A stretch of 64,000 nucleotides of DNA, from the NCBI RefSeq assembly GCF_902459465.1, contig NC_047062.1, positions 8,742,001 to 8,806,000 on the forward strand, in the 5' to 3' direction. Below, in pieces: positions 38,201-49,900 of the stretch. A model generated the notes under the pieces. The model saw only the letters and a program-made list of their open reading frames with translations, was not told the DNA's origin and made no database searches. This DNA comes from Asterias rubens. Its lineage: Eukaryota. The position numbers and the translations under genes are program-made. Position 1 is the stretch's first letter. Each line of letters starts with the position of its first letter.

Positions 38201-41200
38201 GAGTCTCTGATTAATTCTGAGTCTCTCACAGAGGGAGGAAATATGAAGACAGAATTGTTTCTTTTGAATCAAAGCCAGCGAGACAAAGATCTACATCAAG
38301 CAAGTAACCCAACGTTACCTGACATGCACCAAGTGGACAGTCGGCAACATGGCAGCAGTGAAACCTCACCAACAAGTCGCCCAACAGACTTTGAAATAAA
38401 TCAACTAGAACACCAACAAGAAGCCACGAGAGATGGGTCAACGGAAGATAGTGTTGACTCCCAACCTGCAGAGAGTGCTACAAACTTGACCGTTCAGAGT
38501 GATTACAAACTGAGGCACCAGGAAGACTTGCTGCTAGTGAATCAAACTCAACATGAAGACAATTTGAAGAAAGTGTCTGACACAGACTGTTGTGATGATC
38601 AACAGACCCAGCAGATCCCCCAGGGAGACAGCGCTGACTCCGAGTCCACTGTTGACAAAAGGTGGTTGGTTCAGTATGACCAGAAGCTGAAACGGCAGGT
38701 CTACATCAATTTGAAGACTGGTAACTGCAGTTATGAGAACCCTGTGTCGAGGAAAGACGGACTCTTGGGAGATGGATTAGCTGACGAAGGAAATGGGATT
38801 GAAGGAAATTCAGTCATCATTCAAACAGGTAAGAATTTGAATTTTTTAGTTGACCGTTAATTATGAAATTGTTTGCAACGCTGCACCCTCTTTCATATTA
38901 GAAGTTTTCTCAGTATGAAGAGTGATGTAGGTTTATTTTTCACTACACACTAAATGCATGAATTTGTTTTTTTTACAATGCACATCACTAATATTCAATT
39001 GTCTTTACACAAACTTAACTGTTGTAAATCTAATGGCCTATATTTTGTGCTGCCCATTTTATGTTCAATGCGGGGCCGGGTGGTACCCCCCCCCTTTCTG
39101 CTTCTAGAGGATTTGAGGGGGTATTTTTGTACAAGAATAAAATAGTGTATTCTATAGTATGGGAACATTGGCCGTGGTTGAGGGCTGCCCATGAAAGTTG
39201 TTCAAGTCTTTTTGTAACATACTTTATGTGATCCATCATATACAGGAATAAGCCAACCTGTAAACATTTAAGCTCAATTGGTCTTTAAAGTCACAAGAAA
39301 ATAGTGAAAACCCCAATTTATATAATGTTTCCAAATGTTGGGTTTTGAACTTGTAAGATCAAAGCTAAACTAGAGCATTTAAAGAAAAATATTTCAAGGG
39401 AGGGATCCATCATTACCATTAGAGTTATGTATAGATACATGAAAATTGAAAAAAATAAAAAAAGTAATACCAAGTTGAAATGGGAAAAAAAAACCACCCT
39501 GATATCCGACGAAAAACTTGAGGTTTCACAATCTTTTAACTTACATCATTCAGGTAGGAAGAAGTCCTATCTCCATCGAGTCCACTCACTGTGTGCTGAG
39601 CCTTTCCTAGCTACGTTACCAAAGCCTGATAATCTCATTGATGAGTCAACTAGTATCCTTTCTCCCTCATCTCATTCTGCACTCATTCATATGGTAGATG
39701 AACACATGGACCGGCAGGGTGGTGACATTGCTTCAAAGTGGAGAGGAGATGGTCTGAGCAAGCAAACAGGTATGGCAGAGTGCGAATCAGAACCTGAGTC
39801 AGAACCTGAGTGTGGGTTTGAGTCCCGGTTGTGACCTTTGAGTCCCTCAGCAAGGCACTTAACCATGATCACTTTTTTCCTTTGGGATTGGGACATAAAG
39901 CTGTTGGTCCTGTGTGCTGTGTAATATGCGAAAAAGAACCCAGTTACACTTACTGTTAAGAGAAGGGGTTTGCCGCGCAGTTTCTGGCAGGGGCTGCTGA
40001 GTGCATCGCACCACCTTGTAACCCTTTATAAGGTGCTGCAGAAGTCAGTCTCATAATTTCTAAAAATGTCATGGACACTATTGGTAATTACTCAAAATAA
40101 TTATTAGCATAAAAACCTTAATTGGTAACAAGTAATGGGGAGAGGTTGATAGTATGAAACATTGTGAGAAACGGCTCCCTCTGAAGTAACGTAGTTTTTG
40201 AGAAAGAAGTAATTTTCCACGAATTCGATTTCAAGACCTCAGATTTAGAATTTGAGGTCTCGAAATCAAGCATCTGATGAAAGCACACAATTTCGTGTGA
40301 CAAGGGTGTTTTTTCTTTCATTATTATCTCGCAACTTCGATGACCGATTTAACTCAAGTTTTCACAGGTTTGTTATTTTAAGAATATGTTGAGATACACC
40401 AAGTGAAAACACTGGTGTTTAAACAATTTCTCTCCCTATTTCCAGCACCTTGAGCACCTTATTGGTGGTCATGTGCACTGTATAATACTCCATGATTATT
40501 ATTATTTATTGAACAAATATTTTGCACAAAATGAATTTAATCTGATTGTTTGAAGTTTTTACTTATTTCGATCATTTTGAAAAATGTCTTATTTACTGTC
40601 ACCTCGTTTGAATCTTCCCTGATTTCTTTTTCCAGCAGACCTGGGACGGACAGTGGACGACTTAATTGCCAACTGGACCAATCCGATGTTTGCTACTGTG
40701 GAGTCTGGTATCCTGGATGCTCAATGCTCAAATATCCCTCATAGCTCCATCAGGGCACAGTCTACCATTCACCCATACAGATTCACCAAGGCAATGTTTC
40801 AGGACATCAAGGTAAACAGAATCGTTGGTGAACTTCAAGTGCTCTCAATGTGAACAGAATCAATAAACTTCATGTGTTCATAATTTTTACTGAAATGTAG
40901 GGTCATAGATAGGTTAATACTCCGAAAATGAATGACTATAAAAACTTATCCCCGATGCAAATTCAACATCTATTATATCGTTGCGGTACCCGCTGCCAAA
41001 ACAAGGATTCGAACTGCCTCTAGCTACCGAGCTATCTCGGTAGTCTAGTTGGTACGACACTGCTCTAGAATCGCAAGGGTTGTGGGTTCGAATCCCACCC
41101 GAGTATATATGCCTGTGATATTTTTTCACAGGACTCGGGAAAATACTGAGTATACAGTGCTAACACACATCGGTGTATGGGTAAAAACCAAAATGACTAT

Positions 41201-44200
41201 AAAAACTTACTTGGTGAGAATTAGCGCTTCAGCTGTTGATAATATAAACTATTCTGAGAAAGAAATCTGGTTTTAGTAACTTCACCCAAAAACATTTGAA
41301 TCTGAGCAATGATTCTTTATGAAATGTTTCTCATATCTCTGAGAAATTGGTGGCCATTTGTGAATACTGCGGCCAGAGATGCAGTTGGTAACCGCGGTCA
41401 CCTTGCTAACGTGGTTGGAGCCGATATTCTTGTGACAATACTGCGACAGTTTTCTGCTATTTCCTCGGCAAGTAGACACTACTCAGCTGAAACTTTTGCA
41501 TGTTACTTTTCGTGTATCTTTCTTTTTATTTTGCCTGTAAATCAGCATTACATTGAACCTGTTTTTAAATGCCTTTACTTGCATCCAAGGGTCTCTTACT
41601 CTCTTCACTTGGAAGGTTATCAAGACGGCTGACCTAGATCCTTGAAGAATGTGCTTTTGGGACCCACTCAATTTGCCATCAATTTAGGATTCCCTTCCGA
41701 CATCTAAAGATTATACTTGGTTAACCTTTGTCCCAGAAGGGCATTACACAAACTAATGGTCACTATGGGTGCGTTCGATTAGCGTCCCCGGGTTGACCCT
41801 GATAAGTTTGAATAGCTTTGACGTCATTCCAGGGGCACACCCTGGTCAGCCCCAAGTGCCCTGCTTGTGGAACGGTTCTCTTGGGGCTGGCAAGAAGTGC
41901 ATGACGTCACAACAAGAGGGCGAGTGTGATCGTTCGATTAGCTCTTGTCAGGGGCTCACCTAACTGAGCACCGCGGGGTCACACAGGGAAGCTAATCAAA
42001 CGCACCCTGTATTTGTCTCTCTCTCTCTGACTCCACTAGGTACTTGGACAAGTGGACAATAAGTTTATTGCTTGTACGATCAACACGAATGATAAGAACA
42101 AATCTGCAGAACCAAACTTGATATTACTGATCGACCAGCATGCTGCGCATGAAAGAATCCGCCTTGAACAACTCACAGCAGGTAAGTTGTACTTTCGTCA
42201 ACACTCCATCCGGGGGAATATAATTATACTAGTGTCCATCTCAAACTCGCCAAGAATTGAAAGTACTAATTCAAACACTTCTGTGTTTGTCTGCCTCATA
42301 AATTTGTTCCCCTTCGTGTTGATTTTTTAAAAAGTGATGTCCTCATTGGTTTTGTACATGTTAGTGAGTGAGGTCGTCCTCATCACTCTGTCAAAACACC
42401 TAGATGTTTTGTTCAAGTCGCCTGTTAAAATCTAGCACTTCAAAGTGCTTTGATATTGATCCTGGGCGAGGAACACTGGTTCCCTGGGCCTACAGAGCAG
42501 TTAAGCCGGCCCTTGGTGGTTGTACGTTGGCACAAATTCATAAAGCACTAAGCCTCACCATGAGCTGGCCAAATGATTAATCTTAATTGCTGAACAAATT
42601 GTGTCAAACAAAAATGTCACGATACTGAACACAATGAAAACTGATCCAAACATTACATTTATCTCATTGTGAAACACCCTTAATTTGGTAACTTTTATTT
42701 GAACTTCAAGATGTTTTTGAAGATCTAGCAAGTGATGAAGAGGATGATGATGAGACAACAGTAGAGCAACGGCCATTGATGAAATCATCAAGTGTCATCC
42801 CTCCCATCTCTATGACCTTCTCCCGGAAGCAGCTAAGGCTTCTAGGAGTGTTTGGCAAGAACCTTCAGAGGCTGGGCATCAACTACCGCATCATGGATGA
42901 AGATGAAGATGGTGAGATGGAGGAAGGCAGAATCGAGATCACCAGACTCCCGTCATGTCTGCTGGAGAGAGAAGCTGCGGAACTCAAGAGAGGGCGACAG
43001 TCGGTTGCAGTATCAATGGTGGAGGTACAGCTTATATTTATGTATAAACAAACAAATTTGAAATGTTTGAGGAGACAACTTCAATAGCATTATTTAATAC
43101 ATTTACACAAACAAATGTCTTGGAATGGTGAACATGATCGCTGTTAGGGTTTTGCAGCATAATTTTTTTCTTCTACAGATATTTACATGGTAAATGTGGC
43201 ACTAGTGTGTCCAACCTGGTACATACTATCTGGATGTTGAGGCTTTCTGCTTGTTTTCACCCGTACACTCTTGCTTTGCGTATATGTAGAGCAAAGAGCC
43301 ATTTCCAATAGCTCTATTTCGAGTACTGTATCCCTTTGGAACTCCTTGTCCGTGTGCATGTTTAAATCAATCCTACAGTCTAGACTGTTGTAAGAGGAAT
43401 ATAAATTCTACCTTTATCTCCCCTGAGTTCTTTTCATCGTTAATTTTAACGTGTTGTGATCCTTTATCATGGAATGGCTTTAAGCCTTCGTTTGGGCCAA
43501 GTTGCATTCAAAAACCAAGTTGCAATAAAAAACCAACGAGTGACTTTTGGAGTGTTTGGGGCCAAGTTGTATTAATAAAAGCCCAAAATATAACTGTATA
43601 GTTTGTTCGTCTTACAGACACTCCTTATGGAGCATCTTGAGCTATTACATCAGACGTCTGGAGCAAGTGCCATCCTACCAAAGACTATTACCAGAGTTCT
43701 TAACTCACAGGCATGCCATGGTGAGTCAAAATAATCTTATCAAGATCCAAAGGTTGCAACAAAGCTGGTTTTCAGTCCCTACCTGACTGCAGGGGTTTTC
43801 CCTAAAATACCTCTCTGGGGTTTGTCCTCCAACATCTTAAACTGAAACTTTATTCTTTGTCTTCTCTCCATGGTGTCCTTGGCTGTATAGTTATTAAGTT
43901 CACTTTTCGGAGAGTCGTGGGCTTCACAACCAGACTAATAAACAAAACCTGCCATGTGGGCTTCTCACATGGCTAACATTCTCTGCCCTCTTGTCTTGTC
44001 TGTCTGTCTGTAAATGTTTTTGTCTTTTGGGTCCGTTTTCTGTCTTGTCCTGTATGGCGTCCCCAAATCAAGCAAACCCTTACCGGAGATTGCCACCATG
44101 TCACTTACTCTGCCCCATTCCTACTATTATTTAGTATCATTAGTCTATTCTGTTTTAATGTAAATCATCATTTTGTATAATACATGCGCACATAATTATT

Positions 44201-44936
44201 TTGTGAAATGGAAATAAATGTTGTTGAATTGAATTGACATAGCTTAAAACCATTACTTTGCTTCATGTTAAAGGTGCCGTCAAGTTTGGTGATGACTTGA
44301 GTTACCATGAATGTTTATCTCTAATTGGACAACTGTCTACCTGTGATCTGCCATTCCAATGTGCTCACGGGAGACCTTCACTGGTACCCTTGTTTGATAT
44401 GAAACTACTGGCTTCTAAGCTACAGGATGAGGTTGGTCATAATTTTTTTATATTTTTAAATTGTACTCCTTGAAAACTTGCAAAGTGGATTGAAGGAAAC
44501 ACCCCAAATCACACATGCAGAGTATCAGTGTTTATCTTAGTAAATGTCATGACCCTCTCGGTTCTCGGTCAATGTCAAGGTCATTATGGCTAAAACAAAG
44601 GAAGTGTTGTCTGAGCGATAACTCAAGAAGGAGAAGGCATTATCATATCCAACCTTGGTGTGTGGATTGGACATGGGATCTTCCAAAGAATATTATGTTT
44701 AGATTGTAATTGTCTCATTGTAATTGTCTTTATACATGTATGTAATTGTCAGTTTTTTGTATAGGTATTTTGTATTGTATTCTTGTAGGTGCCTAGAGCA
44801 TTCTAAGAGTGAGCATGTGTGCATTAAAAGTTTTGTCATTGTTTTTATTAACACCTTGCTATGTGCCGTTCTATTTTCAAAACAGGTTGCGGAACGCAAG
44901 CCCAGATTAAAGCGCCTCCGAGCTGTATCCAGTTAA
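32256..44936 (+). CDS. MLH3: DNA mismatch repair / meiotic crossover protein MLH3 (10 coding exons, ~2050 aa)
   Basis: Exons 32256-32414, 33179-33409, 34223-38828, 39554-39769, 40639-40811, 42040-42181, 42711-43024, 43618-43720, 44274-44431, 44886-44936 (6153 nt, frame consistent). GHKL ATPase motifs [17 protein letters not shown] and GYRGEALAS; endonuclease motifs [19 protein letters not shown] and QCAHGRP; the C-terminal KPRLKRLR resembles vertebrate MLH3. Confidence 0.96.
39775..40040 (+). mobile_element. tRNA-derived SINE with conserved central domain (approximate bounds)
   Basis: B-box-like gggtttgagtccc, then agcaaggcacttaac, aaaagaacccagt, agaaggggttt and aaggtgctg; the 49990-50295 element matches in the opposite orientation. 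Confidence 0.6.
40066..40424 (+). mobile_element. Family A MITE, 3' end degenerate
   Basis: ggacactattggtaattactcaaaat start; internal identity to 508-880. Confidence 0.7.
41030..41195 (+). mobile_element. tRNA-derived SINE, second family (approximate bounds)
   Basis: A box tagtctagttggt and B box ggttcgaatccc, followed by tcacaggact...actgagtat, which also occurs at about 63365-63520. Confidence 0.65.
41767..42007. mobile_element. GC-rich MITE (TIR GGGTGCGTT(C/T)GATTAGC) carrying two TGACGTCA palindromes
   Basis: Inverted termini at 41767 and 42007; TGACGTCA at 41819-41826 and 41902-41909. Confidence 0.7.
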
Positions 44937-46910
44937 TCAAGAGTGACCAGAAGAGAGCTGTATCCAGTTAATCAAGATAACCTTCAGCAGTACAAACCAA
45001 TCCATGACAAGTTATTTTCATGTACCTTTGCTCTCGGCCATAACCAGGACTCATTTGGCATAAATGCATAGTTTACAGGCTTTAACTCGTCATTGGTCAG
45101 ATGCCTTTTGGTGTAAAAAAAAAAATTAACACTGGGCGAATTTACATCCCAGTAATGGTGGAAAACACAGATTACAGAATATCACAATGAATTGGTCTGC
45201 ACTCCCAAGTCAGTGTGCACAGAGTTAAATAATAGAACTAGATGGGGCACTCATAATTACACATAAATGTAACTGCGCTGTCCCTCTATGGGCACGAATC
45301 CCTAAATTACATACAGATGTCCGCGAAAAAAATGTTGGCTACCTGTGTTATATGATGGGTTAGGCCTAACGCCATTTTGATCTGCATATCAAACAAAAAA
45401 ACACAAACCACAAAACAATACTATATAAATAAGACTATCAGCCAATGGCACATGCCCATATGAATAGGTCTAGTTTTAAAAGCCATTATTTTGCAAGTTT
45501 GATTTGTATAATGACTTAGCTTAGTCAGCTTAGTCACAAGTGACTGTTAAATTTGAATTCCTCAGACTTCTTGAGGTAGTTGCTATGTCAAATGGTTTAG
45601 GGAAAGCTTTTGTATAGGAACCTCCAATCACTCGGAACTGTGTATGGGTGCTCGCTTTCGCTTATGTGACTATAAGCAAAGGGCAACAATGAGACATAGC
45701 AACTGTTTTTATCGTCTGTTGAATTCAGATTAAGCAAGTCATTTTACTAGACAATGCAAATCTAACTCACAAAAAGCGTAAATGGCTTATCCTGAAGAGT
45801 CTTTTTTACTAGACATTATGTAAATTTAGGCTAACTAGCAAATGGCTTATTTTGAAGGGTCTTGCCAGTAAACACCGCATATCACTGCTAAAGCGATTTG
45901 AAACGCCTGTGGAAAGTGCTATACAAATGTTATTTATTATTATTATTACTGTTGTGATTTAAGTTTGATTAAAATAGCATAGTTTATATAAAGATTTAAA
46001 CATTTCTTTTCAATTGATTATAAGCAATTTTGAGAAATATTTATTTAAATAGTTTGTCATTTTTGGCTTTAAACAATAGAAATTTACAAAAACAGATAAC
46101 TTTTGGGTAATGTTTTTGGGACATTACTACTCTTTTTAAGCAAATTAATAATTTATTCATGCTTGTTTGTAATTTATATTTGAACATAAGAGAACTATAT
46201 ATTATTGTGCAATAAATAATATTAACATGTTGACATAAATATTTTGTTTGTTTGTATTTTTTAATTTTTTAATTTTTTTAATTTTATTTATTTATTTATT
46301 TATTTATTTACTTCTTTTTTTTTTGTGGGGGGGGGGGGGAGGTGTTTGTTTATTTAAATGATTTTGTTTTACACTCCTCTGTTGGGAGACTGGGAATAAA
46401 AGTTTAGAGACGAAACGGGCAGGATTACATTTTTGATATAAAACAAATTATGTAGAGTGATTGGGCAGTACCGGCCCAACGCCCCACACCTATTCATATT
46501 CGTGGAGGTACAAAAAAAGAGTGCAGTCCCTGCATGGAGCCCTGTGACAAGATGACTTGCAAAAAACACACCCTTCTCAATGATGTGCTGATGTGCAACA
46601 CCTTGCACCCCTCCCCCCTCCTTCACACCTCCCCGTTGTCCCAAATCTTGGCGCCCTCATACGTTCAAAATATAGCACATGCGGTACAATACTTTTTGTT
46701 TGTCATTATGTAGCGGTCACCGTTCGTTTGCAAAGTATATCTCCTACTACGGGTTGTGTTCTAGCCAGCTCGCACACGTGCCATTACGCCACATCGGACT
46801 GCCCCAACAACACTCTGCTTCTGTTTCGTCGTAAAGAACATTCCTTATATTCCTAGACCAATTTTTAACTGGTGTAGAAAAGTCTACAGACACTTAAAGC
46901 TTAATAAAAA

Positions 46911-49900
46911 ATGTTATGCCAAGCAAAGGAACACCTTCCCACCCTTGTTGGAGCAGCTCTGTTGGCAACATCAGGAGTCGCAGTTTATTCTACGTACAAA
47001 TTGCTGACCACCGGCGACCGGCGAGCGAAGGAAACTGTGTACTACGAGACAGCCAAGCTCGTGAATGAGTACCTGGTGTTCCACTACGGGGCTCCAGGCG
47101 AAGTTTTACGGTACGACTACGGACCTACAGAGGCGCTTGATTTTCCACGAAGAGTTGCTGAGGAATGTTTGGAGGTTTACAGGAACAGAGTGAACAAGGT
47201 TGTGGAACACTTGTGACCTTGATTTTTACTGTTCTTCCTATTTTTGTATTCTGATTCCGATTTGTTTTTTTTCACTTGTTGTTTGGCAATATAATTATAA
47301 AAAAATAAAACTATTTTATTTATTATTATTTATCAGACTGTTATTCTGATTGAATGTAAAATTAATATTCCTTAGTTTTCAGTGTAGCCTTCGAGTTTGA
47401 GTGATGTTTCAGTGGCTGTCGGGAGAAGGATTTGGTTCAATGTCGCAAATAGTTAAACCCCAACAAATCATTTAAAATTTACCGGGTCCGTTTCCCTTGT
47501 GAAGTTGTGTTTTTTTTATTTGGTACATATTTTTAATGTTGTTTTTTTGTATTCTTTTCATTTTATTTAGTGATATTTGATGTTTTGTCATGTTTATTAA
47601 ATGGAATCAACTCAAAGTTGAAGCTTTCTGAATTCTAGTCACATTTATTCCAGTAATCTTTTTTAACTCCAGGCATGCATGTGCCATTGGTTTATTATCT
47701 TTTTTGTTCTTTTCATATGTTGTACTGTACTTTTTGATATTCTGAATAAGTAATACAGTTACAAATATTAATATTTAGATACATCCGTAATTGTACAATG
47801 TGACCGGGTTACAATGTGTACTGGTGGTGGATTTCAGGCATGTTATAATTTTAGGACATCAAATAATAACTAAAGTATAATTATTTGTCTCCATCTTCCC
47901 ACCTTTGATTTGGTCTTTCGAACTGGGACAATGAGTCAGACGGAACTTTTTTGTATGACCAGGTTAGTTTAAATGGGCGGAAGGCGGCTAGTTTAAACTT
48001 ATCGTTGGACTTGCCTGCCTGCCTAAAGTTACCTGGGGAAAATTGTCCATGGCTGTTTGCACTGGACTTCAAATGGTCAAGTTACCAATTTGCTAGTTGC
48101 GATAACAGAACCCTCCTCCAGACGGCCACCTGGCCGTCAGAACAGAACCCTCCTCCAGACGGCCAGGTGGCCGTCTGGAGGGCTGTCTGGAGGAGGGTTC
48201 TGTTCTGACGGCCAGGTGACCGTCTGGAGGAGGGTTCTGTTATCGCAACTAGCAAATTGCTTGACCTCCAAAGAGTCCAATGTGAGATGGTTCCACTTTT
48301 GATGGTGAAACACTGTTTGATGTTTAATTGACTATTAACTATTTCTATCTTTTCAGACAAAGGTACCAAGCAGAGCACTGGACATAGGCTGTGCGGTGGG
48401 ACGGACTGCATTTGAGTTGGCTCGTGATTTTGAGCAGGTCGTAGGGATCGACTTCAGTCAAGCCTTTACAGATACTTGCTGTGCACTGAAAGAACAAGGC
48501 TCTTTGGATTATGAAGTCAAAGATGAAGGAGATTTGATGACGAGCCTCAAAGCTACAGTTGATCCTGCAATAGTATGTATTTGAATCTTTTCCCTTTAAC
48601 TTTTCTGTGAGAAAAAAAAAATAGTGTTCATTGACTCTCTCATCATGTTTTGATGAGCTCATTGACAAAACACGAACATTTTAGTACTTCATATTTCTTG
48701 TATAACCCAAGAAACATTTTGGTAAAACTTTCGCCTTATTTAGGAGGCTTGAATCCTTTAAAAGCTCCATGTTTAGAATCATAATTCCAATTTTGCCAGT
48801 TTTGATTTATATTATAGCATTTGAAAATGTGCTATAAAGTCTGATAATTTGTATATTTACTTGGGTTCAAATGCACTTGGTCACAGGGACAAATATCAAC
48901 AAAATGTGCTGCAAACTGAAATCAATGTGCAAGTAAAAAAATGTATGAGTGGTAGACTAGCAGGGGGTGAGTGGATTCAGGCGGCTCCGGAAAATCTCCA
49001 GTTACTGAGCTGAAACCACGGTGGCTGGTAGGGCATTTCAGATAGTAATGAAACTTGGGTAGAAGCTATACTGGTATGAAAGTATTCTACAATGCTGTTG
49101 TGTGAATTGTAGACGGTGGCCTCTAGTCTGGTCCGACGAAGAAGGTTGCAAGTAGGATGGTGCAGCTTTGGAGAGTGCAACAAGACTGCACAATTCTGTA
49201 CAGCATGATGACCTCGCTATGGGCCCAGCGTTCGCAGAGAGATTGCCATTGGAGGTTTTGTAACATGGGTGACACATATCTTTTGGTTGTAGTCAGCCAT
49301 CACAAATCTTGCAAGTTGCAGCACGTCGCTGTACCATGTCAATCTGGGAAATTAGGTCCTGGGTCTGGGTGTACCATATTCCTTGATCTTTGGAGGGCAT
49401 TTTCTTAGGTTGCGACAAAGAAAGCCAAGGGTGCTCTTGCTCTTGTTGCAGATGTTTTTGACTGTTTTGAGGTGTGGTTTCCAGTTGAGGTTTTTGTGGA
49501 TGGTGACTCCCAGGTACTTTCTAGTCCTCATTCAAAATCAATTTGGTATCACTCACACCCACTTGTGTAAACTGCAAATTTTAAATACGGCTCTTAAATC
49601 ATGCGTGACACAGTTGGCATGGTGCACATAAACTAGAAAAATGTTCTAAAGTATAGCTATTTTTTCACACAGGATCGTTCCAGACTTCAATTTCAGCAAG
49701 GAGATGCATGCAATCTACCCTTGGACTTGGGTCAGTTTGGCTGTGTTATAGGCGCAAATCTCACGTGCCGCTTACCGAATCCATATGACTTCCTAAACCG
49801 ACTCCCAAGCCTAATTGCTCCCGGGGGTATACTTATGCTTACCACGCCCTGTACATGGCTAGATGAATTCACTCCTAAAGTAAGTAATAATATTAATAAC

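Noticed and set aside
40633-40638. NAGNAG acceptor (cagcag) at MLH3 exon 5
   Set aside because: It would add a single residue in a variable region; common and unlikely to matter.
41035-41102. tRNA-like cloverleaf with CTA in the anticodon region (possible amber suppressor tRNA)
   Set aside because: The stems are mismatched, the best 7-nt loop CTAGAAT gives AGA rather than CTA, and the sequence continues into a body shared with another copy at about 63365. It is a SINE head.
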